From positions 1,612,001-1,676,000 of the forward strand of contig OX597835.1 of NCBI GenBank assembly GCA_951406725.2: a stretch of DNA of 64,000 nt, in the 5' to 3' direction. The translations under genes and the position numbers were made by a program. Positions 9,798 through 22,500 of the stretch are shown in pieces. The notes beneath the pieces were generated by a model that made no database searches, had not been told where the DNA came from, and saw only the letters and a list, made by a program, of their open reading frames with translations. This DNA comes from Octopus vulgaris (Eukaryota). Each line of letters begins with the position of its first letter. Position 1 is the stretch's first letter.

Positions 9798-12700
9798 CTG
9801 GAGAGAAAAGAAGAAAAAATTGTTTTATACATCCTTGGTTACATGGAAGAGAAGAAATATATACGCCATTGCCTAAATAGGCGTAGGAGTGGCTGTGTGG
9901 TAAGTAGCTTGCTTACGAACCACATGGTTCTGCGTTCAGTCCCACTGCGTGGCACCTTGGGCAAGTGTCTTCTACTATAGCCTCGGGCCGATCAAAGCCT
10001 TGTGAGTGGTTTTGGTAGACGGAAACTGAAAGAAGCCCGTCATATATATGTGTGTGTTTGTCCCCCCAACATCGCTTGAAAACCGATGCTGGTGTGTTTA
10101 CATCCCCGTAACTAAGCGGTTTGGCAAAAGAGACCGATAGAATAAGTCCTGGGGTCGATTTGCTTGACTAAAGGCAGTGCTCCAGCATGGCCATGGTCAT
10201 ATGACTGAAACAAGTAAAAGAGTATACTCTTTTTACTCTTCTACTTGTTTCAGTCATTTGACTGCGGCCATGCTGGAGCACCGCCTTTAGTCGAGCAAAT
10301 CGACTCCGGGTCTTATTCTTTGTAAGCCCAGTTCTTATTCTATCGGTTTCTTTTGCCGAACCGCCAAGTGACGGGGACGTAAACACACCAGCATCGGTTG
10401 TCAAGCAATGCTAGGGGGACAAACAGACACACACACACACGTACATATATACGACAGGCTTCTTTCAGTTTCCGTCTACCAAATCCACTCACAAGGCATT
10501 GGTCGGCCCGAGGCTATAGCAGAAGATACTTGCCCAAGATGCCACGCAGTGGGACTGAACCCGGAACCATGTGGTTGGTAAGCAAGCTACTTACCACACA
10601 GTCACTCAAGAGAAAAAAAACTTTATTATTATTTATTTATTATACATCATTGCCTATATGAAAATGAAATATTTATACACACATCATTGCCTATATAGAA
10701 GAGAAGATTATTACTTGTCTTGGGACAAGAACGAACACATTGGACAATATAATCCCATGTGCTGCTGCTGCCTACAAAGGATGAGAATATCACGGATGGA
10801 ACGTCTGTCAACAGAGTTTTATTTGATCAGAACTGACCTGGACAGGTTAAACATCAAAGGAATAGACTTGACCTTTCATCTTTCCAAGCATAATCACCAA
10901 TAGTAATTCCTTAAGAGCAATTTAAGAAGTATCGTTATTATTATTATTATTATTATGATACATAGACATGTTCAGACAAGTGTCCTCATATCTGTCATTA
11001 CAGATACAGCTTTGTGGCCGTCTTTCTACCCTCTGGCCTCCTTCACATCTCTTATATTTAAAAGAATGGGATAATGACCATAACCATTAGAGGTCAGGTG
11101 TAGTAGTTCGGCTAGTTAGCAGGTGTTCAATCTCTGGGCCAGTCAAACAACATTCTAATTGAAGCAGAATGAGCAAGTGGCATCAGAAGCAGAATAAGAG
11201 AATACCTCTGGTAGGGATGACAGAATAATAGAATTGGATGCAGGGCTCAGATGCACAGCTCATCAGGAAAAGGAACCGAAACTGCACGAACGGTGCACAG
11301 AATATGCAGAGGAAGCGAACAGTGGATAAGTCTTAAAAAAAAGGAAACAGGGATGGGAGTGAGAACAACCGGGAAGAAGGTCGGTACAGGTGGAAGATGT
11401 GTACGATAGAATCCTTATAAAAGAACTCTTATGGAATTTACACACAAATTCTAAGAAGCTACTTGGACAACTTGGACATTGATTTTCTCACTCAGAATCA
11501 AGAAGCATTCACTGGATCTATACAGGTGTGTGTATATAATCATTATTTAACACCTGTGTTTCATGCTAGCACATGGTTTGATAGGATCTGGTGAGCTGTA
11601 GTAGGACTGCATCTAACTCCAATGCCAGATTTGTCTTGGTTTCTACAGCTGGAAGCTCTTCCTAATACCAACCATTTTTTTCATAGCACCGGTTCCAGTG
11701 AGATCCAAGTAACAAGACAAGAAAGATCAGGGGGGGGGCAACCCCCCCCCCTCAACTAAGTGAGGGATGGGGGGTGGGGTTATGCTAAGTGTTGAGAGGC
11801 TAAAAGGATGACAGAGGGATAATTTCAAAAATTGTCAAAAGAAGAGTGGACCTCCATTATTCAACAATGAAGATTCAGTTTGTTCAACTGGATTATCTGC
11901 TCCTGAATTAGCACCGGAAGTGGCCAGGCATTTCCAAAACATATTTTCTAATTCTCAGCCAGAAACCAACAGGACATCAAGAGTGTGAAATGGCCAAACC
12001 TTTTGAATTTGAGGTACAATTTTTACAAAAGCCGTTTGAGCTTTTACAAAGTTTCCACCAACCCAATTTCATTCACAAGGAATTGGTTGACCTAAAACTA
12101 TAGCTAATGACATTTGCTCAAGATGTTATGAAGTAGGATTGAACCTGGGACTTCATGATTGTGAAGTGAACTTTTTAACCCTTTAGCCACGTCGTAGCTA
12201 TTTGACCATCTCATACATCCCTCTCACTCCTTTTATTTCTCTTTCATCTTTTACTTGATTCAGTCTTTAGACTGTGGCCGTGCTGGGGCACCACCTTGAA
12301 GAATTTCACTTGAATGAATCAACCCCAGGACTTATTTTATTTTTTTAAGCCTGGTACTTGTGCTATCAGTATCTTTTGCTGAACTGCTAAGTTACAAGGA
12401 TGTAAACACACCAACACCAGTTGTCTAGCAGTGGTGAGGGACAACCACACCACACATCAATATATATATATTTATATATACATACGACAGGCTTCTTTCA
12501 GTTTCCATCTACCAAATCTACTCACAAGGCTTTGGTCGGCCCGAGGCTATAGTAGAAGACACTTGCCCAAGGTGCCATGCAGAAGGACTGAACCTGGAAC
12601 CATGTAGTTTGGAAGAAAACTTCTTATCACACAGTCATACCTTGAAAAGCTTACAGAAGATACTCAGCTTCATTAAAAATCAATTAAATTTCATATTAAT

Positions 12701-15700
12701 TACATTAAACTTCAGATATTTTCCCCTCTACACCTGAAACCTCAACAGCAAAAGAATAAAAATTGACGCACCTGTATTTTCTTTTGTGGACAATATTTGC
12801 TACATAAATTGGTTTCTTGTTTACTGGTTTTTCCTGGAGAAAATGAATAAATTAATAAGTGATAAATTTTTAAAAAGAGACAATAATAAGACTAAAAATC
12901 AATTAACTTGAGAAAATCTGATGTGAATACATTATCTTGGAGGTAATACACTAGCAATCAGCGTACCTTAATTATCTCATTCATTCATTAACACATGTTG
13001 CTTGCTGCTATGAAGACACAATATCTCTAAGATTGAGTACTCTGTTTCCTTTTCAATGTGACATTACATTCATTACCATACATAGATGGCGCCATCCATC
13101 ACATAGAGACACACACACAGTAATACCTCACTTCGCGGGACCCTGGATTTATGAGTTTTATTTTATAATAAATATAGAAAGGTCAAACAGCCATTTTGTG
13201 TGTGTGGCAACACTGGTTCTGACACAAAATTTCATTGCTTCTATGTGAAATTATTGCTTTGCTTTACAAGCAATCTCCAGGAACGAATGAACTTGTATAT
13301 TGAGGTATTTACTGTGTGTGTATATATAATAGTGGGCCTTCCAACCTTTGCCCTGGTGTTGGGGACATACTGACATCTATTGTAATGCTCATTTTCTTTA
13401 CAATAAAAGTTGTTAAGAAGCAGGTTTATTGCTGTGGAGGAAACTCATGGCTACTTTGTAATTTGCATGGGTGGGTGTGGGTAGCTGGGCTGGTAACAGA
13501 ACGGATAACTAAGGAGGTGAGATGAGGTGGTGGAACATACCCTCAAGGTATCATCATGTCCAAAAATGTGAACAAAATGGATCACGGAAACAATCCATGA
13601 GAGATATCAGTTTTTGTTTTTTCTTCAGTGGAAGGTTAAATTCCTCAATTATGGACTCTCAAATTCTTATGCAATGGTAAGAAGAAAAGTGAAAGATACT
13701 TTTGTCATATGAAACTATAAGAATCCCATCAATTGTTCATTATCCTTTAATGTCTGTTTTCCATGCTGGCAAGCTCCAGTCATCCGTCTTGATATGGTTC
13801 CTATGGCAGGATGCCCTTCCTAACAACAACCACTCAACACAGTGTACTGGATGCTATCCATGTGGTGCCAGCGTTGGTGCTTCTTATGTGGTGTTATATT
13901 GTTAGATTTATAGACGATGGATACTCAAATTTCTCAACAACAGCAACTGTCAGAGTCAAACTTACTTTGGTTGTATCAAACTGTAAAAATCCCATCACCC
14001 GAAACATTTCTTTCTCTTCGTCAGTCTTGTCCGTCAACTGTGAAGCTGGAAATAGAAATAGCAGAATTATTTGAAGAGAGAATCAGAAAATTTAACACAA
14101 ACTAAATGATAGATTCCTAGTTTAAGTTATACGATGACGAGTTGGTGAGTTGATACAGCTGAAGGAGACTGAAGCAGAGGGCAGCGGCCAATAGGGAAGG
14201 ACATACAAAAACAGTCCAATCCTATTATGTAACAAAAGTTTTATTTCTTATATTTTCGTCTTTGGCTGGTAAGTGTTATTTCCTAGTTGCTTCTAGAAAT
14301 CAAAGGAAATAACTACCATTCCATCAAACTTTGCTTTTCTGACCTGGACCTCAATGTTTTGAAACTGGCCTATTTTCCATTACATTTCAGACAGATTCAG
14401 CACTGAGTTGCTGAAGCAGAAATATTATAGCAAATATTCTGCTCAACACCACAGATTTGTCAGATAGTGGCTGACAATATGTGGATCTCTGAACATTAGC
14501 AGAAGTGGGGGAGAATGATAGCCATGTGCCGAGAAGGATTCTTTGGGGTTTGAATAAATGTAACAAAAGTAAAAATTCAAAGGAGATATTAGTCATTTTT
14601 TATACTTTCAATGGGTAAGCAAGTAGAAAATAACAGTTGCTACTATTGCAGATCAGATGCATATTATCTGCATCTCGCATATACCAAACCATACTGAGCA
14701 CTGCACCACAACCTATCAGACCCTACCTCACTCTATACATTATTACATAACACCATAAAATACCATATATATATAATACACCTCCATATCACTCCACAAC
14801 ATTCTGTTAAATATCAAACTACATCATCACCATCATTTAATGTCCGTTTTCATGCTGGCATGGGTTGACCAGAGCTGGAAACCCGGAGAGCTGCACCAGG
14901 TTCCAGTCTGATTTGGCTTGGTTTTTCAGCAGCTGGATGCCCTTCCAAATCCTGCCAACCACCTTACAGAGTATGCTGGGTGCTCTTTATCGGGACATGA
15001 GCGTTTTTTTTTTGTGGCACTAGCATGGGTGCATTTAAAAGGGTGCTTTCTACACAGCACTGGCAGGGGTGCTATTTATGTGGTACTGGCAGGGGTGCTT
15101 TTTATACAGCACAAGTACAGGTGCTTTTTATCCCATCACAACATACAGAGGCAAGGAACAGGCAGAGCAGGAGCATTAAAACAAATACCACTACATGGCA
15201 TTTACTATTCCAACTTCTTGCATTCTGAGTTCAAATCTCACAGAGTTCAACTTTACTTGACAGCCTTCTGGATGTAGTGGACTTGTGGAATCATTAGAAA
15301 ACAGGACAAGGATACCTTGCAGTATTCATTCTAGCTCTTGGCATTCAGAGTTCAAATCCTACCATAGCCTACATGAGAGTATATAGAATAATACCAAATC
15401 CAAATACTAATTCAGGTAATTCGCCAGCAGAGTTAATGTTTACGCATAAAATAAAATTGATCTTCCATAAATTATTGCCAGGAAAAAATACATTTGAAGG
15501 AAATACAAGAAATATTACAAAACATTTCAAAGTAGGAGATAGAGTTCATTTTAAAAATTACAAAAATGGCAAATAAGGTTGGAAGGATGACTATGTAATC
15601 AAAAGATTAAGACAACGTTTGGAACATAAGAGACACCATAACTAGTTAAAGATGAGACATACAGAAGAACAAGGTGTAATACCAATGGAAGTTTTCTATG

Positions 15701-16491
15701 ATATGTTTGAAGTGCCAGTACCAAGAGATTTTGAGGCTTGTAGAACTAGCTTCAGAAAATGAAAACAAATTGAATATCTGGAAGTAATACCTAAACCAAA
15801 AAAAGAAAAAAGTGTGCTTGGTACAACAAAAAGAAAAACTGCTGTGTGCAACGAACAATACTATCTTAAAAGTCAAGCAACAATTAAGACACACCAGCTA
15901 CAACTGCTGATGGTACTTCATGTCAATAAAGGATTTAAACGGAAGCAAAACAAAACGAGATATAAAAAAAAACAACCAGTAGAAATTGAACTTACTGTCA
16001 TGTGGTTTCTCTTCCATAATAAACTGTACTTCTTCATCACTGTCGTCACTGCGCACCATGCTACAAATGGAGAAGATTTTTATATTTGTTAGTTGCTGTA
16101 ATTGTTTAGCCTTATAGGTTGGGGAACTGGCCTATGCAGTGCCATTTTATACCATTAGCACAGGAGGAAAGAGTGAGAGAAAGTTGTAGCAAAAGAGTCA
16201 GGCAGAAGTTTGCCATTACCTTCTGCCGAAGCCGCATGGAGCTTTGATGTTTCGCTCATAAATACACATCGCCTGGTCTGAGATTCGAACCTGCGATCGC
16301 TTGACCACGAGTCCGCTGCTCTAACCACAAGGCCATGTGCCTCCACTATCAATAAGTAGGGTTTGAAATTAATGCATGCAAGATTTCACAGCTCTAACAT
16401 CACTCCTTTATAGTCGGCCTATGGATATTCCACCCCCACCCCCAATCCTTCATAGAAGTTAGATATAGATGTATATGTATACATGTATGTG

Positions 16492-16573
<82 letters not shown>

Positions 16574-19500
16574 TGTACATGTAATATGTACATACATGCA
16601 TACATATATACACCCATACACACCCACCCACACATACATAGGTGCAGGTGTGGCTGTGTGGTAACTTGGCAGGTGTCTTCTGCTATAGCCTGAGACCAAC
16701 CAAAGCCTTGTCAGTGGATTTTGTAGACAGAAACTGAAAGAAATCAATCGTATATATATATGCATATATGTAAGTCTATGTGTGTGTGTTTGTGTTTCTC
16801 CCTCATCACTGCTTCACAACTGGTGTTCGTTTATTTACATCCCCATAACTTACTGGTTTCACAAGAAGAAACTGATAGAATAAGTACCAGGCTTATCAAA
16901 ATAAAAAAAGCACTAGGCAGTGTCTCATATTTTTCTTTGCCCACTCAATTGTATCTATCAATTTATCTTTGTATGTGTGTGTGTGTGTGTATGTATATAT
17001 ATATATATAACACCTTAATGAAGGCCTTAACTCCCAAATTTTAGTCATTTCTTTTATGATCCAAAACTAGGTCAAAAGTACTGAATGGATCTTATGAAAT
17101 TTGGAAATTATATTCTATGCATAAGGGCCATAACCCCCATGACAATTCATATAATTTTGCTGTTAATGAAATTTTAACCATAGATATTAGTCACAAATGA
17201 AGTAATATTTATAAAATTTCATCTTCTTACAAGTTACAAAGACCCCTCCATGTGCTCTTGGAAGCTGTAGGGTTACCCAAGCATAGAAGATGAGCATTAT
17301 TTATAATTCAATGGTACAACAGTGTAAGAGTTTGCTTTGACATACACTTAAATTGTCGAGTAAATGAGAGGCATCTTTGCCTCCACTGATTCAGTTGCAA
17401 AGTGCTGAATAAAGTTATTTTATTGCAGACCTCCTTTCAGTCTTTTTATTATCACTGGGTGACATATAGTCCCCAGATGGTAACATTGATTTCAAGGCCT
17501 TCCCAGATGAGTGACTGGTTATTCAGACATTTATAGATTGCAAATTTATTCTGTCCAGTTACGTATCAGTATAGTGGTCATTTGCAAACTCCAGAGGTGA
17601 CACTTTCATTTCTCCTTAGCCCTCACGTCACACAGTTGTTAATGTTTATTTCAGTTGGGTCATGCCCTTCCAATTGCTATAGATCCGTATTGCATCTTAC
17701 GGCTGTGCCTGTCACCTGTATAGTGAGGAATCCTACATTGGGAGTGGTAACGACTAGGATACGGTAGCTGACTGCTTATTGTGATCATTTGTCTTTTGGT
17801 TTCCTGTAGCTTTGCTCTCTTTTACAAACCCACTGAACATATATTTCCTATTCCAAAGAAATTCAAACAATAGATATAAGACCCAAGTTAAAAATATTCT
17901 CAACAATTCAACTTTTCTGGTTGACATTAAGACACCCACCCCCAACAGGGGCCTTAACTCACACATTTTAGAACTCCATGACCTTCATTTTTCAGGAGCA
18001 AAATCTTCTTAACAGGTTCAATAAGACTCGAATTTTGGAATATGCGCATAAAAATCAGTAGTATGGGATACATGTGACACGATTACAATTTTTTTAGGGT
18101 GTGTAAAGAGGGAAATAACCCTCATCTGCAATTTTGATGAAATTCGAATCATAGATATTCCAGTTCATTACAGAAAATATAACAGAAAAGTCTAATTCTT
18201 CAATTGCATGTAAGATGGGCAACGCTGGGTATCTCTGCTAGTTTTTAAATAAATATGTATTGAATTACAGAAGTATAAAAGGAAATCCCTCCATCTTCTT
18301 CAACCACTATTGCTCGGACTGTGAATGCTGGTCGAATAAGAGGCAATTATTTGGAAAATGAAACAAAAGTTTGTACTCACTTATTTCGTCGGTCTCTGAA
18401 ACAAGAACAAGACTTCAATTATAGAAATCACTTAATCATGTTTGCTGTTTTATTAGATTCACACAGGAAGGGAAGAGCCTAACATTTCGGAGCTTCATCT
18501 TTCCTCTCAGAGGGAGGAAGAAAAGCAGGAGGTAACGATGTCATTTTTGTTGCTTACAATCGGAGCATCAACACTACTTTCTCTCTCTCTCTCTCCCTTT
18601 CTTTGTCTGATGAAGGACAAGAGGTGAGAAATGCATTCCCTTTGCAATCGGAATGACAACGACACCTCCTCCCTTCCTCATTCTCAAATATAAAAAATAA
18701 GGACCCAAAACATCAGTTTCTTCCCCCCCCTCCACAGCAACTGAACTTTCTTGTAGATGTTTCAAGGGTTAAATATGTGCAATAATATAATCACAAAGAT
18801 AAATAAAATGAGTGAATTTAGAATGAAGCAATTAATCCCATGGATTAATTATGAATTATACATGTTTTATATAAAATACATTAAATCATTTCTATTTGCA
18901 AATACAATTGCTATCTTTTTTTTTTTTTTTTTTTTGAGCTGATGACTAAATAAAAAGGTCAGATTTGATTAAGCCAAATATAATACAGATATAATTTTAA
19001 AAAATTTTCAGTACCAGTAATAATCATCAAAACTTTATAGGATTATCTGTGTCCAGTTACTCCCACACATCCCTATGAAATGCAGGGTAACCTCCTCTAC
19101 ATCAAGACAGCAAGCTGGCAGAATCGTTAGCACACCGAGCGAAATGCTTAGCGGTATTTCGTCTGCCATTATATTCCAAGTTCAAATTCTGCTGAGGTCG
19201 TCTTAGCCTTTCATCCTTTTGGGGTCGATAAATTAAGTACCAGTTATGCACTGGGGTCGATGTAATCGACTTAATCCCTTTGTCAGTCCTTGTTTGTCCC
19301 CTCTATGTTTAGCCCCTTGTGGGCAATAAAGAAATAAGAAATAAGATAGCTGCACCATCTGAACGTGGCCGATGACCAACGCTGCCTTGACTGGCTTCTG
19401 TGCCGGTGGCACGTAAAAAGCACCAACCGATCGTGGCCGTTGCAAATAAATAAACTTGAATTTAAGAAATGAAATGGATAAAACTTATGCTTAAATAAAT

Positions 19501-22500
19501 GAAGAAATGGAGCCAGTATGCTTCGCTGGATGTGCAATGTCAGTGTTTCATGTTAGACAGAATGTAAGCATCTTGAGAGAAAAGCTGGGCATAAGAGGAA
19601 ATGGATGTGGTGCGCAAGAGAGACAGCTACACTGGTATGGTCATGGATGAGGACAGCTGTGTAATGACGTGCCGAACAATAACTGCAGAGGGAACCTGTG
19701 GTAGAGGTGGACCCAGAAAGACATGTGACAAAGTGGTGAAGCATGATCTTTGAACTTTGGGCTTCACAGAGGCATTGACTAGTGACCGAGACCTTTGGCA
19801 ATATGCTGTGCTTGAGAAGACCCGTCAAACCAAGTGAAATCGTAGTCATAGCTGATGCTGGGGTCATGTAAGTGGCACATAAAAAGCACCTTTCGAGCGT
19901 AGGGCCTCATGGAGGCAATAACCAAGGCCTTTGCATTCTGTCGTGCTTGAGAAGAAGACCCATCAAGCTGAGCAAAATTGCAGTTGTGGCAGATATTGCA
20001 AATGGCATGTAAAACATCCATTACACTCTCAGAGTGGTTGGTGTTAGGAAGGGCATCCAGCCGTAGAAACCATGCCAAATCAGACTGGAGTCTGGTGCAG
20101 CCCTTCAGCTTGCCAGCCCTAGTCAAACCGTCCAACCCATGCCAGCATGGACAATGGATGTTAAACGATGATGATGATGATGATGATGATTATACATACC
20201 GATTTTTCCGTCCAGGGGAGCGAGACCTTGACCGGTATCTACCACGGGGAGACCTTGAACGAGACCTGTAACGAGGTGGCGATCTTGACCTGGATCGATA
20301 ACGAGGTGCTGACCTTGAACGAGAACGATAACGAGGCGCTGACCTACTTCTTGATCTGGAACGACTTCGGCGGCGGTCTGGAAATTCAAAGAAGGAGAAT
20401 TTTATTCAAAGTTGTGCGAAACATGCTTGCTTGCAGAAGAAACAACCTCTTCATAGAGAAATAAAGAACAGATACGATGTTGATATCCCTTAACTGAGAT
20501 GGCCCCTGGCCCTATGATATAAATTTTGTTTTTTAAATTGACCCTAGAGAAAACCTTCCATTAAAATTCCATGTTAATTCACATTTCAAACACCAGTTTA
20601 ATAATTGTTTTATATTTTGGCACAAGGCCAGCAATTTTGGGGGAGGAGATAAGACGGTTACATCAACCCCAGTATGCAACTGGTACTCACTTTATCGAGC
20701 CTGAAAGGCTGAAAGGGAAAGTTGACCGCAGCAGAATTTGAACTCAGAATGTAAAAAGATACAAAATGCCACGAAGCATTTTACCTGAGGCACTAACGAG
20801 TCTGCCAGATCAACACCTAAACCATTTAGCATTCACATTAAATGAAAACATAGGTAAAAGTTAAAATATTGCCATGGAAACTAATTTACAGAAGAGATTT
20901 TGAACTGCTTATTATATAAGCATAATGTCTGACATTTTATCTTTTGTTTCAGTCATTAGACTGAGGCCATACTGGAGCAACACTGTGAAAAATTTTCTGG
21001 TTGAACGAATCGATGCCAGTTTTTACTTTTCTAAACCTGGTACTTAATCTATTGGTCTCTTTTGCTGAACCACTAAGTTACAGGGATGTAAACACACCCA
21101 CACCATACAGCATCTCGAAAGAGTCCAGAAGCTGGCTACCCGCATGGTTCATGGTCTCAAAAATTTGTCCTACGACGAAAGGCTGAGGACGCTCGACCTT
21201 TATTCTCTTGAAAAACGCCGCTGCGATCTCATTCTCGCCCACAACATCATAAGCGGAAAGTGTAACCTCTCGAAAGAGCTGTTCTTCCCTCCTGCTCCAG
21301 AGCGTCGGCTGCGGGGTCATTCCGAAAAGCTCTACCTGCGACGATTTCATCTCAATCGAAGGAGAGGAGCTTTCTCCGTGCGGGTTGCGGATCCGTGGAA
21401 CAAGCTGCCAGACGAGATGGTGAAGATGCCGACGACCGCTTTGTTCAAAGCCTCCCTTGACCTCAAGTGGCCTGAACTCTTTACATGAACACCACCCTGT
21501 ACTTAACTCCATGTCCCCCTACATGGCCTTGCTATTTGCTTTTGAGCCAAATTAACTAACTAACTAACTAACTAACACCAGTTGTGAGGGGACACACACA
21601 ACAGGCTTCTTTCAGTTTCCGTCTACCAAATCCACTCAGAAGGCTTTGGTCAGCCCAAGGCTATAATAAGAAGACACTTGTCCAAGGTTCCACACAGTGG
21701 GAGTGAACCTGGAACCATGGAGTTGAGAAGCAAGCTTCTTACCACCCAGCCACACCTGCACCTATTTGCTTTCTTGGTTTTCCTGGTTGGACTGTGGCCA
21801 TGTTGGGGCACCACCTTGAACAGTTTAGTTTTATAAAATCAAAAGTATGAATTTTTAAGCCTGCTACTCATTTCATCAGTTTCTCTTTGCTGAACCACTA
21901 GGTTAAGGAGATGTAAACAAACCAACTAAACAGAAGTGACGAGAGACACAAAATGACAAACACACGGCAGGCTTCTGCACAGTTTCCCCCTCAACTAAAT
22001 TTACTCAAAATGAATTAAACTCAGAATATACATACGCTTCCTTTCTCGATCTCGACGTCTTTCCCTTTCTGAAAAAGATAAAAACGAAAAGTATAAAATA
22101 AAAAAAGGGATCAGAAATGATGTGGGTTTGGGATGCTTGTCGTGCTTTTAACATTTGTTTATCACTGCAAGTATGGAAGGGATGGGATGGCAACACATTG
22201 ACCCTTTAACACTCAAACCAACCATACCTGGCCCAACTATTCTACCTGTTTTATGTTGAAACTGGCTAGAAGTGACCTTTCACACCTACCCTACAATGTC
22301 ATTCTAAAAATATTGGGTTGTCTGGAAAGTTTGTGCTGATTTTCAAAGGAAAGAAAAAGGTCAATAAATACTTGCCATTACATTTTTAATCAACCAAATA
22401 TGAACCATTTTGTTGCACAATGCATCTCCATCTTTCCTTTAACTTGAAAATACCCTCTTCCCAGAATTGAGGTGGTTTCATAGCAAAGAATTCATCAAGG

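Noticed and set aside
12700-12771. Alternative SNRNP27 acceptor (tttcag) at ~12734 giving a C-terminus RCRGENI*
   Set aside because: The intron would be only ~38 nt, and the conserved terminal exon is at 9797-9743
16270-16346. tRNA-Arg gene
   Set aside because: A/B boxes are present but the acceptor stem does not pair and the sequence continues into a repeat body; it is a SINE head
20123-20464. ORF-track proteins MNFQTAAEVVPDQEV... and MMMMMMMIIH...
   Set aside because: Wrong-frame or antisense readings of SNRNP27 exon 3 plus a (GAT)n tail
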